From: Piromyces finnis finn
Taxonomy: Eukaryota > Fungi > Neocallimastigomycota
Direction: 5' to 3'
DNA: 64,000 nt
Assembly (NCBI GenBank): GCA_002104945.1
Contig: MCFH01000047.1
Location: 384,338-448,337, forward strand
Under the pieces are notes generated by a model, which saw only the letters and a list, made by a program, of their open reading frames with translations, searched no databases and was not told the origin of the DNA. Both the position numbers and the translations under genes were made by a program. Each line of letters starts with the position of its first letter. The stretch's first letter is position 1. This document shows, piece by piece, positions 1-11,969 of this stretch.

Positions 1-1997
1 AAGATAAACACTACCAAAATAATACTAAACCCAGAACTAATTCAAGTAGCACTCCAATTGGAATAGAAACAAATGCTTCTACATTAAATACATCTTCTGC
101 TCCTGTGACACCTACCAATACAAATAATTTTAAGAAACAAGACAATTCAAATAATAGAAGATACACTAATAATTCAAACAACAGAAGATACACAAAGCGT
201 GACACGTACAATAATGAAGAAGGTATTTCAAAATCTAATTCTAGAAAGTCAGATGAAATGTCCAAATCAAATTCAAGAAATGGATACAACAAATCTGATG
301 ATATGGCTAGAACCGCGTCAAAGAACGGTTATTCCAAAAAAGATGAAAAGTCTAATCAGAGAAATAATAATAATAAATTAAACAATAATAAAACAGATGG
401 ACGTAATAATAAAAAAAGTGATACAAATCGTAACAATTATTACCAAAGAAATAATCAAGGTTCTAATAATAAACGTGAAGATGGTCCAGGTTTTGCTGAA
501 AAGGAATATGGTTTAACCTATGAAAAGTTAAAGGATAATTCATCAAACGATTTAAATCTTGCTGCTGCAAATAAAAATCACAGTTACAGTAGTAATGTTC
601 CATCAAATACTCCAAACTTACAAAGACGTCGTTCCAGTGCTCCTGAATTACCATTTTTCTTTGAACAGTTATCTACCGATGGTGGAATGATGAACAATCC
701 AAATCCAATAAATCCTTCTATTACTAATACACCTTCAGTAGCAGCAAATCCAGCAAATTTAAACTTCAATTTAATTAATGCTGCAGCTACAGTTTCCAAT
801 ACAGCAACTCCAAACTTTGCAAATTTCCCACTCAATTTAAATGGATTAAACGGTCTTAATTTGTTAAATGGTTTTAACCTTTTAAATGGCCTCAATACAT
901 TTGCATCCCCAACTACAGCAACACCAACAACCACAACTATACCTTCAAATAATATTAATGCTGTAGTCTCTTCCTCCAATAATAATTCAAACGCTAACGC
1001 CAATAATTCTAACGATAATAGTAAATTAAATAACAATAGTACTATCAATGGACATGGTGGTAGATTCAATCATTTGTATGCTGGACCAACCTTTAATAAC
1101 TCCCCAGCTGCAAGTAGTTTACCAATGCCAAACTTTGTAAATCGTAATACCAATGATTCTAATAACGGTGCAGCCTCCTCTAGTAGATTATCAAGAAGTT
1201 TTGCTGAAGAATACATGAAGCTTCCTTCACAACTTTATAGTTCTGCTGAAATTAATAATGAATTGAGTAAAAACTATGTTGCTGATGATTTAGTATTGTA
1301 CTCCAAAAATTATAAAAAAGATGATCTTTTCTTCAACAATCCAAATGGTTTCAGTAACTTTAATGAAGATTTATTTATGAGACGTGATATTTCTGATATT
1401 AACACTCAAAATATTGTTAGTGGTTTAAGTGGTCTTCGTAATACTTCTACCGGTGGTACTGCTACACCAAATAAAAGAAATAGTTATGCTGAAGAAGTCT
1501 TTGCCATGGATGATGAATATAATAACTCCTCCAATTCTCCAACAAAAACTAAATCAAAGAGTCATGAAGATGAAAACCTCAAAAGAAAATCTATGGAATT
1601 ATTACAATATTTATCATCCTCTGTTGCTGCCAACTCTACAAATTCTAATAATACTAATAATGATGAAGCTCAGAAAGTTCAGAGTAAAACAAATGCCAAT
1701 CAAACTTCAGCTGTTTCTTCCATAAAAATTAGAAGTTATAACAATTCTTCTACTTCCTCTACTTCATCCTCCTACACCAACACTAATACTACTTTAATTA
1801 ATAGCAATGAAGATAATTCCATATTTTCTACCACTCCAAACTCATTCTATTCTCCAGCTAATAAAAATATGAATTCTTCCTTAGCACCTGTTATTTCAGC
1901 CACAACAGATGTATTATCTTCTAGTGAAAATTCCAACTCTACTTTGTCACTTGAACAAATTAGTCAAAACCTCAAAAATATCTTAAAAATTAATTAA
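1..1997 (+). CDS. Edc1/PNRC-like mRNA decapping enhancer, Asn-rich and disordered; 5' end lies outside the window
   Basis: The frame is open from position 3 (DKHYQNNTKPR...), and the GTG at 105 is an internal Val. It contains YAGPTFNNSPAASSLPMPNF (1077-1136), matching the YAGxxF...LPxP motif of S. pombe Edc1 and PNRC2. Confidence 0.8.
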   Translation, partial: DKHYQNNTKPRTNSSSTPIGIETNASTLNTSSAPVTPTNTNNFKKQDNSNNRRYTNNSNNRRYTKRDTYNNEEGISKSNSRKSDEMSKSNSRNGYNKSDDMARTASKNGYSKKDEKSNQRNNNNKLNNNKTDGRNNKKSDTNRNNYYQRNNQGSNNKREDGPGFAEKEYGLTYEKLKDNSSNDLNLAAANKNHSYSSNVPSNTPNLQRRRSSAPELPFFFEQLSTDGGMMNNPNPINPSITNTPSVAANPANLNFNLINAAATVSNTATPNFANFPLNLNGLNGLNLLNGFNLLNGLNTFASPTTATPTTTTIPSNNINAVVSSSNNNSNANANNSNDNSKLNNNSTINGHGGRFNHLYAGPTFNNSPAASSLPMPNFVNRNTNDSNNGAASSSRLSRSFAEEYMKLPSQLYSSAEINNELSKNYVADDLVLYSKNYKKDDLFFNNPNGFSNFNEDLFMRRDISDINTQNIVSGLSGLRNTSTGGTATPNKRNSYAEEVFAMDDEYNNSSNSPTKTKSKSHEDENLKRKSMELLQYLSSSVAANSTNSNNTNNDEAQKVQSKTNANQTSAVSSIKIRSYNNSSTSSTSSSYTNTNTTLINSNEDNSIFSTTPNSFYSPANKNMNSSLAPVISATTDVLSSSENSNSTLSLEQISQNLKNILKIN

Positions 1998-3955
1998 AAC
2001 TAATAATTTATCTATCAAGAATAAAAAGGTGTCTATTGCAGTATAAACTTCTTTTTATAAGAAATGTCAATGATGTTGTACATTTTAAAAGAGTTTTTTT
2101 TTTCAATCTACGAATGAAAAAAAAATAATAAAATATATACATATCAATATACACCTTTCATATATATCAATCTATTATATGCAATATTTTTGATTAAAAA
2201 AAATTATACACCAAGATTTCTAGATATTTATATATAAATTCTTTTATATATAAATAAACATTTAATTTTCATATATATATATATTAATTTTTTAAAATGT
2301 ATATATTTACACCATAAATAATATTAAAAGAGAGTAAAATCTATAATAATAATAATAATATATCAACATTATTATTATATAATATTATTTAAAGAAAATC
2401 AAAAGAAAATTTAAACACCATTAAAAAAAAAAAAAACAACCAACAAACCAACAAACTAAAAAACAAGTGAATAAAAAATTAAATATATAGTTTACTTAAT
2501 TTTTAGTCAATACTATATATTGTTTTTTTGTTTGTATGTTTGTTTGTTTTTTTTTATTACAAAATAGAAATGCTATAATTGCATGACATTATAATTTTAA
2601 CTCTTAAAATTATAAAGAAATAAATGATCTATCATTTTATAAAACCAAAACAAAATCACCTATTTTATCATCAACCATAAAATATCATTATTATACGCCA
2701 TATCATATCACAGTACAACAACTTTACCCAAAACATTATCAAATTATTCAACAGAAAACTTGGAATTAAATTTATGTATATATTATTTCAATATATATGT
2801 TTTTTAATTATCAAGGTGTATTCGATATACATACATAATATTACAAAATCAAGTTTTTTTTTTTTTTAAAAAAAAACAAAAAAATCACACAAAAGCGAAA
2901 ATAAATGGATGTCAAATTTATTTATTTTTATGCTCTACAACAAAACAATACTTTTAACAATAATTAACAAATAACTCTCTATATAATATAAATTCATTCA
3001 TTCTAACATATTTATGTATTTTATCAAAATATTTTGGGAATTGATGGATTTTATAATGCTATTAACAATAGTAGCTATGTAGAAATAAAATGAAAAGGCA
3101 AACGAAAACTAAAAAGTTAATGAAAAATTGTTAAAAATATTAAAATCTAAATTAAAAAAAATCATAGGAATAGTAAAAAAAAAAAAAAAAAAAAAGGAAA
3201 GGAAAAAAAAAAAAAAAAAAAAGATGATGATGAAAGAAAATAAAAAATAAATAAATAAATAAAATAGAAAAAATTTTAAACAAGAAATACAATATTTTTT
3301 CAAGTTTTTTACTTTTTCTATATTTTGTTATTTATTAACTTTTATTTTCATAATCTACCTTTTTTTTTTATTATTATTATTTTTTTTTTTAATTACAATT
3401 TTTTTTTTCTCAGGATGAAAAGGAAAATTTTATATTTATTTTATAGTATAGTCAAATTTATAGTTTATTGTAAGGGAAAAAAAAAAAAAAAAAAAAAAAA
3501 ACTATTGTAATAATAAGTAAACATAGACAGAAGAAATTAGGATATAAGTATCAATCATAGAAAAATTCTTTTTTTCAATTATAATAAATTATAATAAAAA
3601 GCATAAATAAATATAGATAAATGAATAATTCAAATCATGTGTTATTTAAAAATAAAATAAAAAATAAAAATTGTTTTGCGTTTGCATTCTCTCCTTGGAT
3701 CATATTAAATCAAAAATGAACAATTAAATTAACATGGTAAAGAGAAGAAGAAAAAAAAAAAAAATTAATATTTTACTTCTCCACAATAAAAACAAAAAAA
3801 AAAAAATCAGTAATATTAATAATATTATAAGCACGTTATAATTCTGTTAATAATTTAATATCTCATTGTTTTTAAAAATAAGTGATATTGAATTATTGCT
3901 TGTATTATAAAGAAGCTTATTAATAAATTGCTAATCTAATGAAGATTGGGATAAC

Positions 3956-3995
<40 letters not shown>

Positions 3996-4249
3996 TTTCG
4001 TAAAATATAAAACAGCAATAATAATAGTAAAATAAAAAAAAAAATAGTAAGGAAATAAAAAAAAAAAAAAAAAAAAAAAAACAATATATAATCAAAAATA
4101 AAAATAAAAAAAAAAGTTAAGCATTATCAACTTAAATAAAAAAAAAAAGAAAAAAAAAAAAAGAAAAAGAAAAGAAAAAAGAAAATATATTAATTATTTT
4201 AAAATCATTCTAATTATCTTTGGTCATTTTTGTTGTTTTTTTTTTTTAC

Positions 4250-4277
4250 TTATTTATTTATTTATTTATTTATTTGT

Positions 4278-4336
<59 letters not shown>

Positions 4337-4337
4337 T
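4250..4337. repeat. (TTTA)n microsatellite
   Basis: About 20 near-perfect TTTA units in intergenic DNA. Confidence 0.9.
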
Positions 4338-5201
4338 AAATAAAGGAAATCAGGGCTTTTAGTTTATTTATTTTCTTTATTTTAAAAATAGGATATACGT
4401 ATGATTAAAAGAAAATAAATAAATGGTATTACTAAAAAATAATAATAGCTTAGTTTATTAAAGCAAAATGAAATTAATAATTATTTTTATATCATTATTA
4501 TCATAGATGAAGTGGGTTTTTTTTTTTTTTTTTATATGGGTGATGCTTTTATATAATCTATTAGATTTTCTTTTTTTTTTTTTTTTTTTATTGTCCCTTT
4601 TTTATTCCAACTATGAACCTATGAACACCTTGAAATTTTAAGCATTTTACAGGAAAATGTTAATGTAAAATTAAAGACTTATTCCTTCCTGAAATACTAA
4701 TAACTCAATCCATAATAAATTTATTTGGCGAAACTTCTTAGTTGTAATGAAACAACCAAAGCTGTTACGATTTAAATAATGTTACACAGGTAGTTTTTTT
4801 TTTAAAGATTTTATTTATAATTTATAATTCATAGAGAGAGAAAAAAAGAAAAAAGAAAATAGCTATAATATTTATCAAATTAACAATTATATTAAGACTA
4901 AAAATGTTTTTGTAATATGAATTTAGTATTACTCATTAATTATATATATAAATATTTTTTTTAATTAATTTCAATTATTTTTAAAAAATTTTATTTCATA
5001 TTGTAAAAAAAAAAAAAACGAAAATAAAATTAATTAAATACAAAAAAATAAAAAATTAAAAAATGAATAAAAGGTATTTCTATAGCAAGTTTTAAGGTCA
5101 AAGTATTAACTATCACTATAATATTTTTTTTTCATTATAAAGAAATAAAAATATTTAAAAAACATCAATTTTAAATTAAATTATTTTAATTTAATAACAG
5201 A

Positions 5202-6027
5202 CTAGACTGGAATACCACACCAGTCATTATCTTCAATACCCTAAACACTGTCATCATCAACGTAATAGACAGTACTATAACCTGAACAGCATTTATTTAT
5301 TACCTTGAGCAATAATACCAACATTACAAATTTGTTTAATGAATGATAAATCTTTTAACAAACTACTAAAGTATCTATTCATCAAACGTCCGCTTTTAAT
5401 ACCAGTATAAATTATTTATAATAAATCATTATTTTGACAGCTATCATTATCGAAACCGTAGTATTCCTCTTCATCATTTGGAACTCTGAGTCATATGCAA
5501 GTATCAAATAATAATAGTTTTTTTTTCTAAATTTGGATTAGTCCACTAGTTCACCTAAATCAGCATATTTTGAATTGCACCAAACTTTGACATTATCATA
5601 TTCTTTAGTAAAATCAATTAAAATCAACACCATTATGACTAATATTAAACAATAAACTTCTTTCCAGTAATTCCTACGTTTTCATGGGATTCACTTTTAA
5701 TAAATTGAAAATTGTTAATATTAATATTGAAATCATGAATAGCAGCACCTTTATTAACATTTAAATTTGGCAACTTATTGTCAGAAACCTCAAGTACATT
5801 TGTACAATTATTAATAAATAATGGAATCCTTTTGTAAGGTATAAAATAAAATCGCAATCTTCAGTGGGAGCGGAAGCTGTAATAAGATTATCAATAATAT
5901 CTGGTACAATAGCCATAACTATTTTATCATTTGGGTGCTTATTAATAATTTCGATAATTCTATCAGCAAAATCTTTGTAATATGTTATATAATAATTCCT
6001 ATATTTTTCTGAAATAGCATCATTCAT
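5202..6027 (-). pseudogene. Degenerate GH6-like cellulase with C-terminal fungal dockerin (CBM10/NCDD)
   Basis: Across several frames: KHPNDKIVMAIVPDIIDNLIT (GH6 EPD region), FNININNFQ, GKKFIV/NISHNGVD, VWCNSKYADLGE, LFDTCI*LRVP. These are followed by CNVGIIAQG/KCCSGYSTVYYVDDDSV*GIEDNDWCGIPV*. In-frame stops sit at Trp positions (TGA 5491-5493, TAG 5241-5243), with additional frameshifts. The 5' boundary is uncertain. Confidence 0.8.
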
Positions 6028-6940
6028 AAATATTTATGTTCAAATGTATATTGAATCATCCTAGAATTTATATTATATCAACCACAATGGATTAATCTAT
6101 AAACCTATAAATATTAATGAATGCCCATGTCTAATTTTTAAAAACAACATGTATTAAAAGTGTTGTTAATGTAATGTTTACGTAGAATAGAGAAACAACT
6201 ACTACTGAAATTTTATCTTCGCATTTGCGGGGTTGAACCAAAAGTATTTATGATTTTATATTAAATTTATCATTTTTAGTTAAAAAATACAATGTTACAC
6301 AGGTGAATTATAAAATTATTTGTTTTTTTTTTTAATATAAAAAATAGCATTTAGAAAATTTTTTTAATTTTAAAAAATTAATTTTTTAAAATGTTATTCC
6401 TACCTAAAATTTATAATTTAAGTGAAAAAAAAAAAAAAGGAATATATAAAATAGGTAATATTTATTAAATTATTGTATTAAAAATAAGCAATATTTCTGT
6501 AGAATAAATATAATATTATTATTTAATTGACTATTAATGCACTTTAACATTATCCTATATCTTTTCTAAAATGTTAAACAGAAACCTTTCCTACATTTAA
6601 TTATGCCTTTTAATAATCATACATTCTATTTATAATACATTTTATTATTATACATTCTATGAATATCCAATAAATTTTTAATATATGTTATTATATAATA
6701 ATACCTAACTGATAAACGATTGGACTTTTCAATTTAACCGATTTATTTTATAGAATTAATAATATGTATATTGATATATTATAATTATATTCTACTCATA
6801 TAATAATTTATTATTAAAAAAAGATAATAAAATTTTTAATAATGATTCATTTAAATATGTAAAAAATGAAATTTTTGTAAATTTTTTTTTTTTTTCTTTT
6901 TCTTTACTTCAGTTTTAATATTATTTATTGATATATTAAA

Positions 6941-9185
6941 ATGAGTTTTAGTTTAGCTAATTTAGCTACTAAGGGTAGCAATTTATTTAAGTTAACTACT
7001 CCAGCTCTCTTAGGAGCTAAGAGGTAATTGCTTATAAATAATTTTGTTATTTAAATCTACTATTTATAAATATATTATAAATATATAAAAAAAGTGATGA
7101 GATAATTATAAGAAATAAGTTATTCTGATAATATTTTAAATAAAAATTACAATTTTATATAAATATTAAAATAAAATAGATTCGGAAGTAGCAAGCCAAT
7201 TAACAAGTTCTCCAAGATTGTTACTGAACCAAAATCTCGTGGTGGTTCTCAAGCTATGCGTAAGTAAATAATATTTAAAAAGAAAAAAGAATCTTTTAAG
7301 AATAAAAGATTATTAATGTTTAAATATTTTATATTAATTAATAACTATAAAATAGTTATTGCTACTGGTATTAAGCCAGAAGATTTAAAGAAGCCACAAA
7401 TTGGTATTGGTAGTGTGTAAGTATATAATATATAAAAATATTAATTAATATGAAGAATAAAAATTAAGTAAAATTAAATAATTAAATTTTTTTTAAAAGT
7501 TGGTATGATGGTAATCCATGTAACATGCATTTATTAGATCTCGGTTCTGTTGTTAAGAAGGCTGTTCAAAACCAACAAATGAACGGTATGCGTTTCAACA
7601 TGATTGGTGTTTCTGATGGTATTAGTAACGGTACTGATGGTATGTCTTTCTCTCTTCAATCCAGAGAAATTATTGCCGATTCCATTGAAACTGTAAGTTT
7701 TGAATATTATTAATATGGATATTAAATAATAGCATATTAATTCAAAAATTAGATAATTAAATAGTGAAATAGTTTAAAAGTTAAATGGAACTCTAACGAT
7801 CTTTGAAATAATTTTAAATATAGATCATGAGCGCCCAATTCTACGATGCTAACATTTCTTTACCAGGTTGTGATAAGAACATGCCAGGTTGTTTAATTGC
7901 TGCTGCTCGTCTTAACCGTCCAACTATTATTATCTACGGTGGTACTATTAAGCCAGGTCACACTAAGAAGGGTGATACCATTGATCTTGTTTCCGCTTTC
8001 CAATGTTACGGTCAATACCTTTCTGGTGAAATTTCTGAAGAAGAAAGAGTTGAAATCATTAACAACGCTTGTCCAGGTGCTGGTGCTTGTGGTGGTATGT
8101 ACACTGCTAACACTATGGCCTCTATTATTGAAACTATGGGTATGTCTCTCCCATACAGTTCTTCTACTCCAGCTGAAGATCCATTAAAGGAAGAAGAATG
8201 TGTCAGAGCTGCTGCTGCCATTAAGAACTTAATGGAAAAGGACATTAAGCCACTTGATATTATGACTAGAAAGGCTTTCGAAAACGCCATCACTATTGCT
8301 TTAATTCTTGGTGGTTCTACTAACTCTGTTCTCCACTTACTCGCTATTGCTCGTGCTTGTAAGGTTCCACTTAACATTGATGATTTCCAAGAATTCAGTA
8401 ACCGTATTCCAGTTCTTGCTGATCTTAAGCCAAGTGGTAAGTACGTTATGGAAGATCTTCAAAAGATTGGTGGTCTCCCAGCTATTCAAAAGTACTTATT
8501 AAACGAAGGTCTTCTTCACGGTGATATCATGACCGTTACTGGTAAGACTTTAGCTGAAAATCTTAAGGATGTTGCTCCAATTGATTTCGAAACTCAAGAT
8601 ATTATTCGTCCACTTTCTAACCCAATCAAGAAGAATGGTCACATTATCATTATGAAGGGTAATGTTTCTCCAGATGGTGGTGTTGCTAAGATTACTGGTA
8701 AGGAAGGTTTATTCTTCGAAGGTACTGCCCACTGTTTCGATTGTGAAGAAGATATGTTAGCCGCTTTAGAAAGAGGTGAAATTAAGAAGGGTGAAGTTAT
8801 TATTATTCGTTACGAAGGTCCAACTGGTGGTCCAGGTATGCCAGAAATGCTTACTCCAACTAGTGCTGTTATGGGTGCTGGTCTTGGTAAGGATGTTGCT
8901 TTATTAACTGATGGTCGTTTCTCTGGTGGTTCCCACGGTTTCATTATTGGTCACATTACTCCAGAAGCTCAAGTTGGTGGTCCAATTGCTTTAATTAAGA
9001 ACGGTGATAAGATTACCATTGATTCCGTTAAGAGAACTATTCACGCTCATGTTAGTGATGAAGAATTCGCTAAGCGTCGTGCTGAATGGAAGGCTCCACC
9101 ATACAGAGCTACCCAAGGTACTCTTAAGAAGTACATTAAGTTAGTTAAGCCAGCTAACTTAGGTTGTGTTACTGATGAATGGTAA
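6941..9185 (+). CDS. ILV3: Dihydroxy-acid dehydratase (Ilv3/IlvD) with N-terminal organellar leader, 5 exons
   Basis: Exons 6941-7023, 7180-7259, 7356-7416, 7500-7692 and 7824-9185 join in frame across GT-AG introns. Motifs: [50 protein letters not shown]. Strong codon bias. Confidence 0.97.
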
Positions 9186-10007
9186 ATTAGTTAAATGGAA
9201 GGTTTAACTAAAACGTTAAAAACACACTACCACATTATTTTTTTTTTACCAAACCTATTTTATTTAATTTATTATAGAAATAGAAAATGCATTACATACA
9301 AAGTGTAATATATTTTAATTTATTTATTAAATTAAGTTAAATTCAATGTAAAAAACGTTATTGAATTTTATTAATTTTAAATATAAATAAAAGCTACATA
9401 ATTAATTACATATAAAAAAAAGATTTAATTAATCCCCCCTCTCCCTGTTCCTTTTATCTTTTTTCTTTTTTTAAAAAAAAACAAATATATAAATGTTTAA
9501 AAATAAAATAATTTTATGTGCTTATTTTAAGAAAGTAAACATTAAATTATTAGAATGGAATCATTTATAAAGTAAAAAAAAAAGGTATAAAGATAAAACA
9601 AACTACTACAAATTAAAAGCATAAACACAAAACAAAAATACAATGTATTTTATTGATACAAATCCATTTTAAAGATAAATCTTTTTTTAAAAAAAAAAAA
9701 AAGTTTAAGAACATATAACATAAAAATGCATCAAGTAGTTAATAATAAACAGATATTTTTATTTATGCCTATGTAAAAAAAAAATAAACAAAAAGAAAAA
9801 CTAAAAAACCAAAAAAAAGAAAGGATTATCTTTTTGTTTAAAAAAAAAAATAAATAAACTTATATATAAAAAAAAAAAGTTTTAAAATTGTGTTTATTTT
9901 TTTTTTAAAAAAAGAAATATTATTTTTTGTTAATAAAATCAATATTTTTTATGTTTTGTATATATTTATATATAACACTTTTTGAGGTTTTCTCGTTATT
10001 ACTTTAA

Positions 10008-11160
10008 AAGAAAAAAATTATATTAGTAATATTAAATACACACAATAATAATAATGGTAAAAATGTTAATTTTGCTTCTTTAAATCATTATAATTTTAAT
10101 GAATTACTAATTATCCTTGTTAGGACACTTGATAAAAAACTAAAGAAACATGGAGATGTTAAAGCAGTTAAAAACTTTTATTGGAAAGATCTCAAAGGGA
10201 ATTCAATCAAAGCGCAATATTATGATGATAATAAATTTATTGAAACTAAAGATTTTATCAAATTATGTTATGAATACCCAGAGTTTGCCTATGGCTTCTA
10301 CTGGCTATTGAAAGCAAGAAGCGGATACAAGTTGGATGCTAGAGTTGCAAAAGCTGCTAAATTTATTGATCCAGTTTGCCCTAATTACTGTCCATGTTGC
10401 AAGTGTGGTGTTCAAAGTATTAAACATTGGTTATTAGATTGTCCAACATTTAGAGATATCCGTATTAAACATTTTGATTCCATAGTCCAGCTATTTAATT
10501 TTTTCAGTCAACGTAATTCCAACAGTCCTATCAATAATAATGAAAATGTTAATATCAGTAGAGACAGTAATAACATTAATAGTAATAGTAACAATAGTAG
10601 TAATAATAATAACAATAGTAATAGTAACAATAGTAATAATAACAATAGTAGTAATAGAAATAATAATATTTGTAATGATAGCAATAGTGAAGATAATAAT
10701 TCTAATTTAGATAGTAATTTAGTTAATGCTAGTAATAGTTCTAATAATGCGGTGAATATTAATGTGTATGATTATTCTAGTGTGTGCAGTAAAATATTTA
10801 AATTCCTTCTTGGGGGAAGAAGTTTTAACAATATCAATTACAATTCAAGGGAATGGAAAGAACTTTGCAAGTGTCAGATTCAATCTGGTACTAATGAAGG
10901 AACACCATTCTTGACGGTAACCGCGGAACTTCTAACCAAAATCATGCCTTTTGCTATTGGCCAGCAATGGTCAATGTTCAAAAGGTTTGAAGCAACATCC
11001 AAGAGCGTCAATGCTGAAGAAACAGTAAGACAGGCCAGGAGGGCCAGCGCAACCAATGGAGATCATAATTTTGTTCCATGACAAAATTTTGATCTTTGGC
11101 TCGGTGTCCCATTGGAAGTCAAATACAATTATTATACCTTAGTATAATAGTGGCTTTCTT
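10008..11160 (+). mobile_element. 5'-truncated non-LTR retrotransposon (LINE), ORF2 C-terminal part plus short 3' tail
   Basis: Intronless frame open from 10008 to the stop at 11081. It has FYWLLKARSGY followed by CPCCKCGVQSIKHWLLDCPTFRDIR, the C-terminal Cys/His zinc-binding motif typical of LINE ORF2, then IFKFLLGG. No RT core is present. Both boundaries are approximate. Confidence 0.75.
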
Positions 11161-11905
11161 ACTTTAATTAAAATTACTAGAATACATTATACCCAATTTT
11201 TATTCATTTGTGTTTATTTAAACATATTTTTTTTATTTTTATTTTTATTTTTAGTTTTTTTTTTTTTTATTACATGTATTATAATTTTAATTAAATTAAT
11301 AATAAAGTTTAAAAATATTTGATGCCGTTAAAAAAAAAAAAAAAAAAAAAAAAAATTATCCTTGAATATTGAAATTCTTTCTTTGGTAAAAAATTTTTAC
11401 ATTCAAGAAAACTTTGTAAAATATCAAACATAACCAGACAAGTGTAAAAGCATTAATCTAGAGTATCAATTTTGAAGAAACAGCAGTATAACAAAATTAC
11501 AAAATTAGAATAACCAATGTTGACTGTAACTTTGTCTCTCTCTAGATTTTTTATCTTGATTTACAATTTCTGTGTAAGTTAAACACACAATTGTTATATT
11601 TTAGTGTAATAACGACCTTTTTTTTTACTTTTAATTAAAACTACTCTAATATATATTACAATTATTTTCTATTCATCTGAATTTAACTTTTATTTTTTTA
11701 TAATGCATAAATTACATGAATCAAATTTTTATATAATAAAATAGCAAGATATTTGCAATTTAAAAAAAAAAAAAAAGATATTAAATTAAATGAATACTTT
11801 CTATAATATTCATAATTCTTAAAATTGTATTTTCTAATATATAGTTATATAGTTATATATTATAATATAATATCTAAAGTAAATTAGGTTTTAAAAAAAG
11901 AATAA

Positions 11906-11936
<31 letters not shown>

Positions 11937-11969
11937 CAAAAAGAAAAAATAAACTGAAGAAATTTGTAA

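Noticed and set aside
11-1725. ORFs 11-292, 199-381, 463-654, 584-1069 and 1429-1725
   Set aside because: Antisense or off-frame shadows of the Asn-rich Edc1-like CDS, with no motifs of their own.
3109-3510. Phe/Lys-rich ORFs on both strands
   Set aside because: Translations of poly-A/T tracts starting at TTG.
7897-8502. ORFs overlapping ILV3
   Set aside because: By-products of strong codon bias in a highly expressed gene.
10102-11179. AATTACTA at 10102-10109 and 11172-11179 as a LINE target-site duplication
   Set aside because: An 8-mer that is almost all A/T is expected by chance here, and the open frame extends upstream of the first copy.
11400-11620. Slightly higher-complexity patch that could be an extra CCP exon or TE relic
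   Set aside because: No recognisable motif and no convincing splice join.
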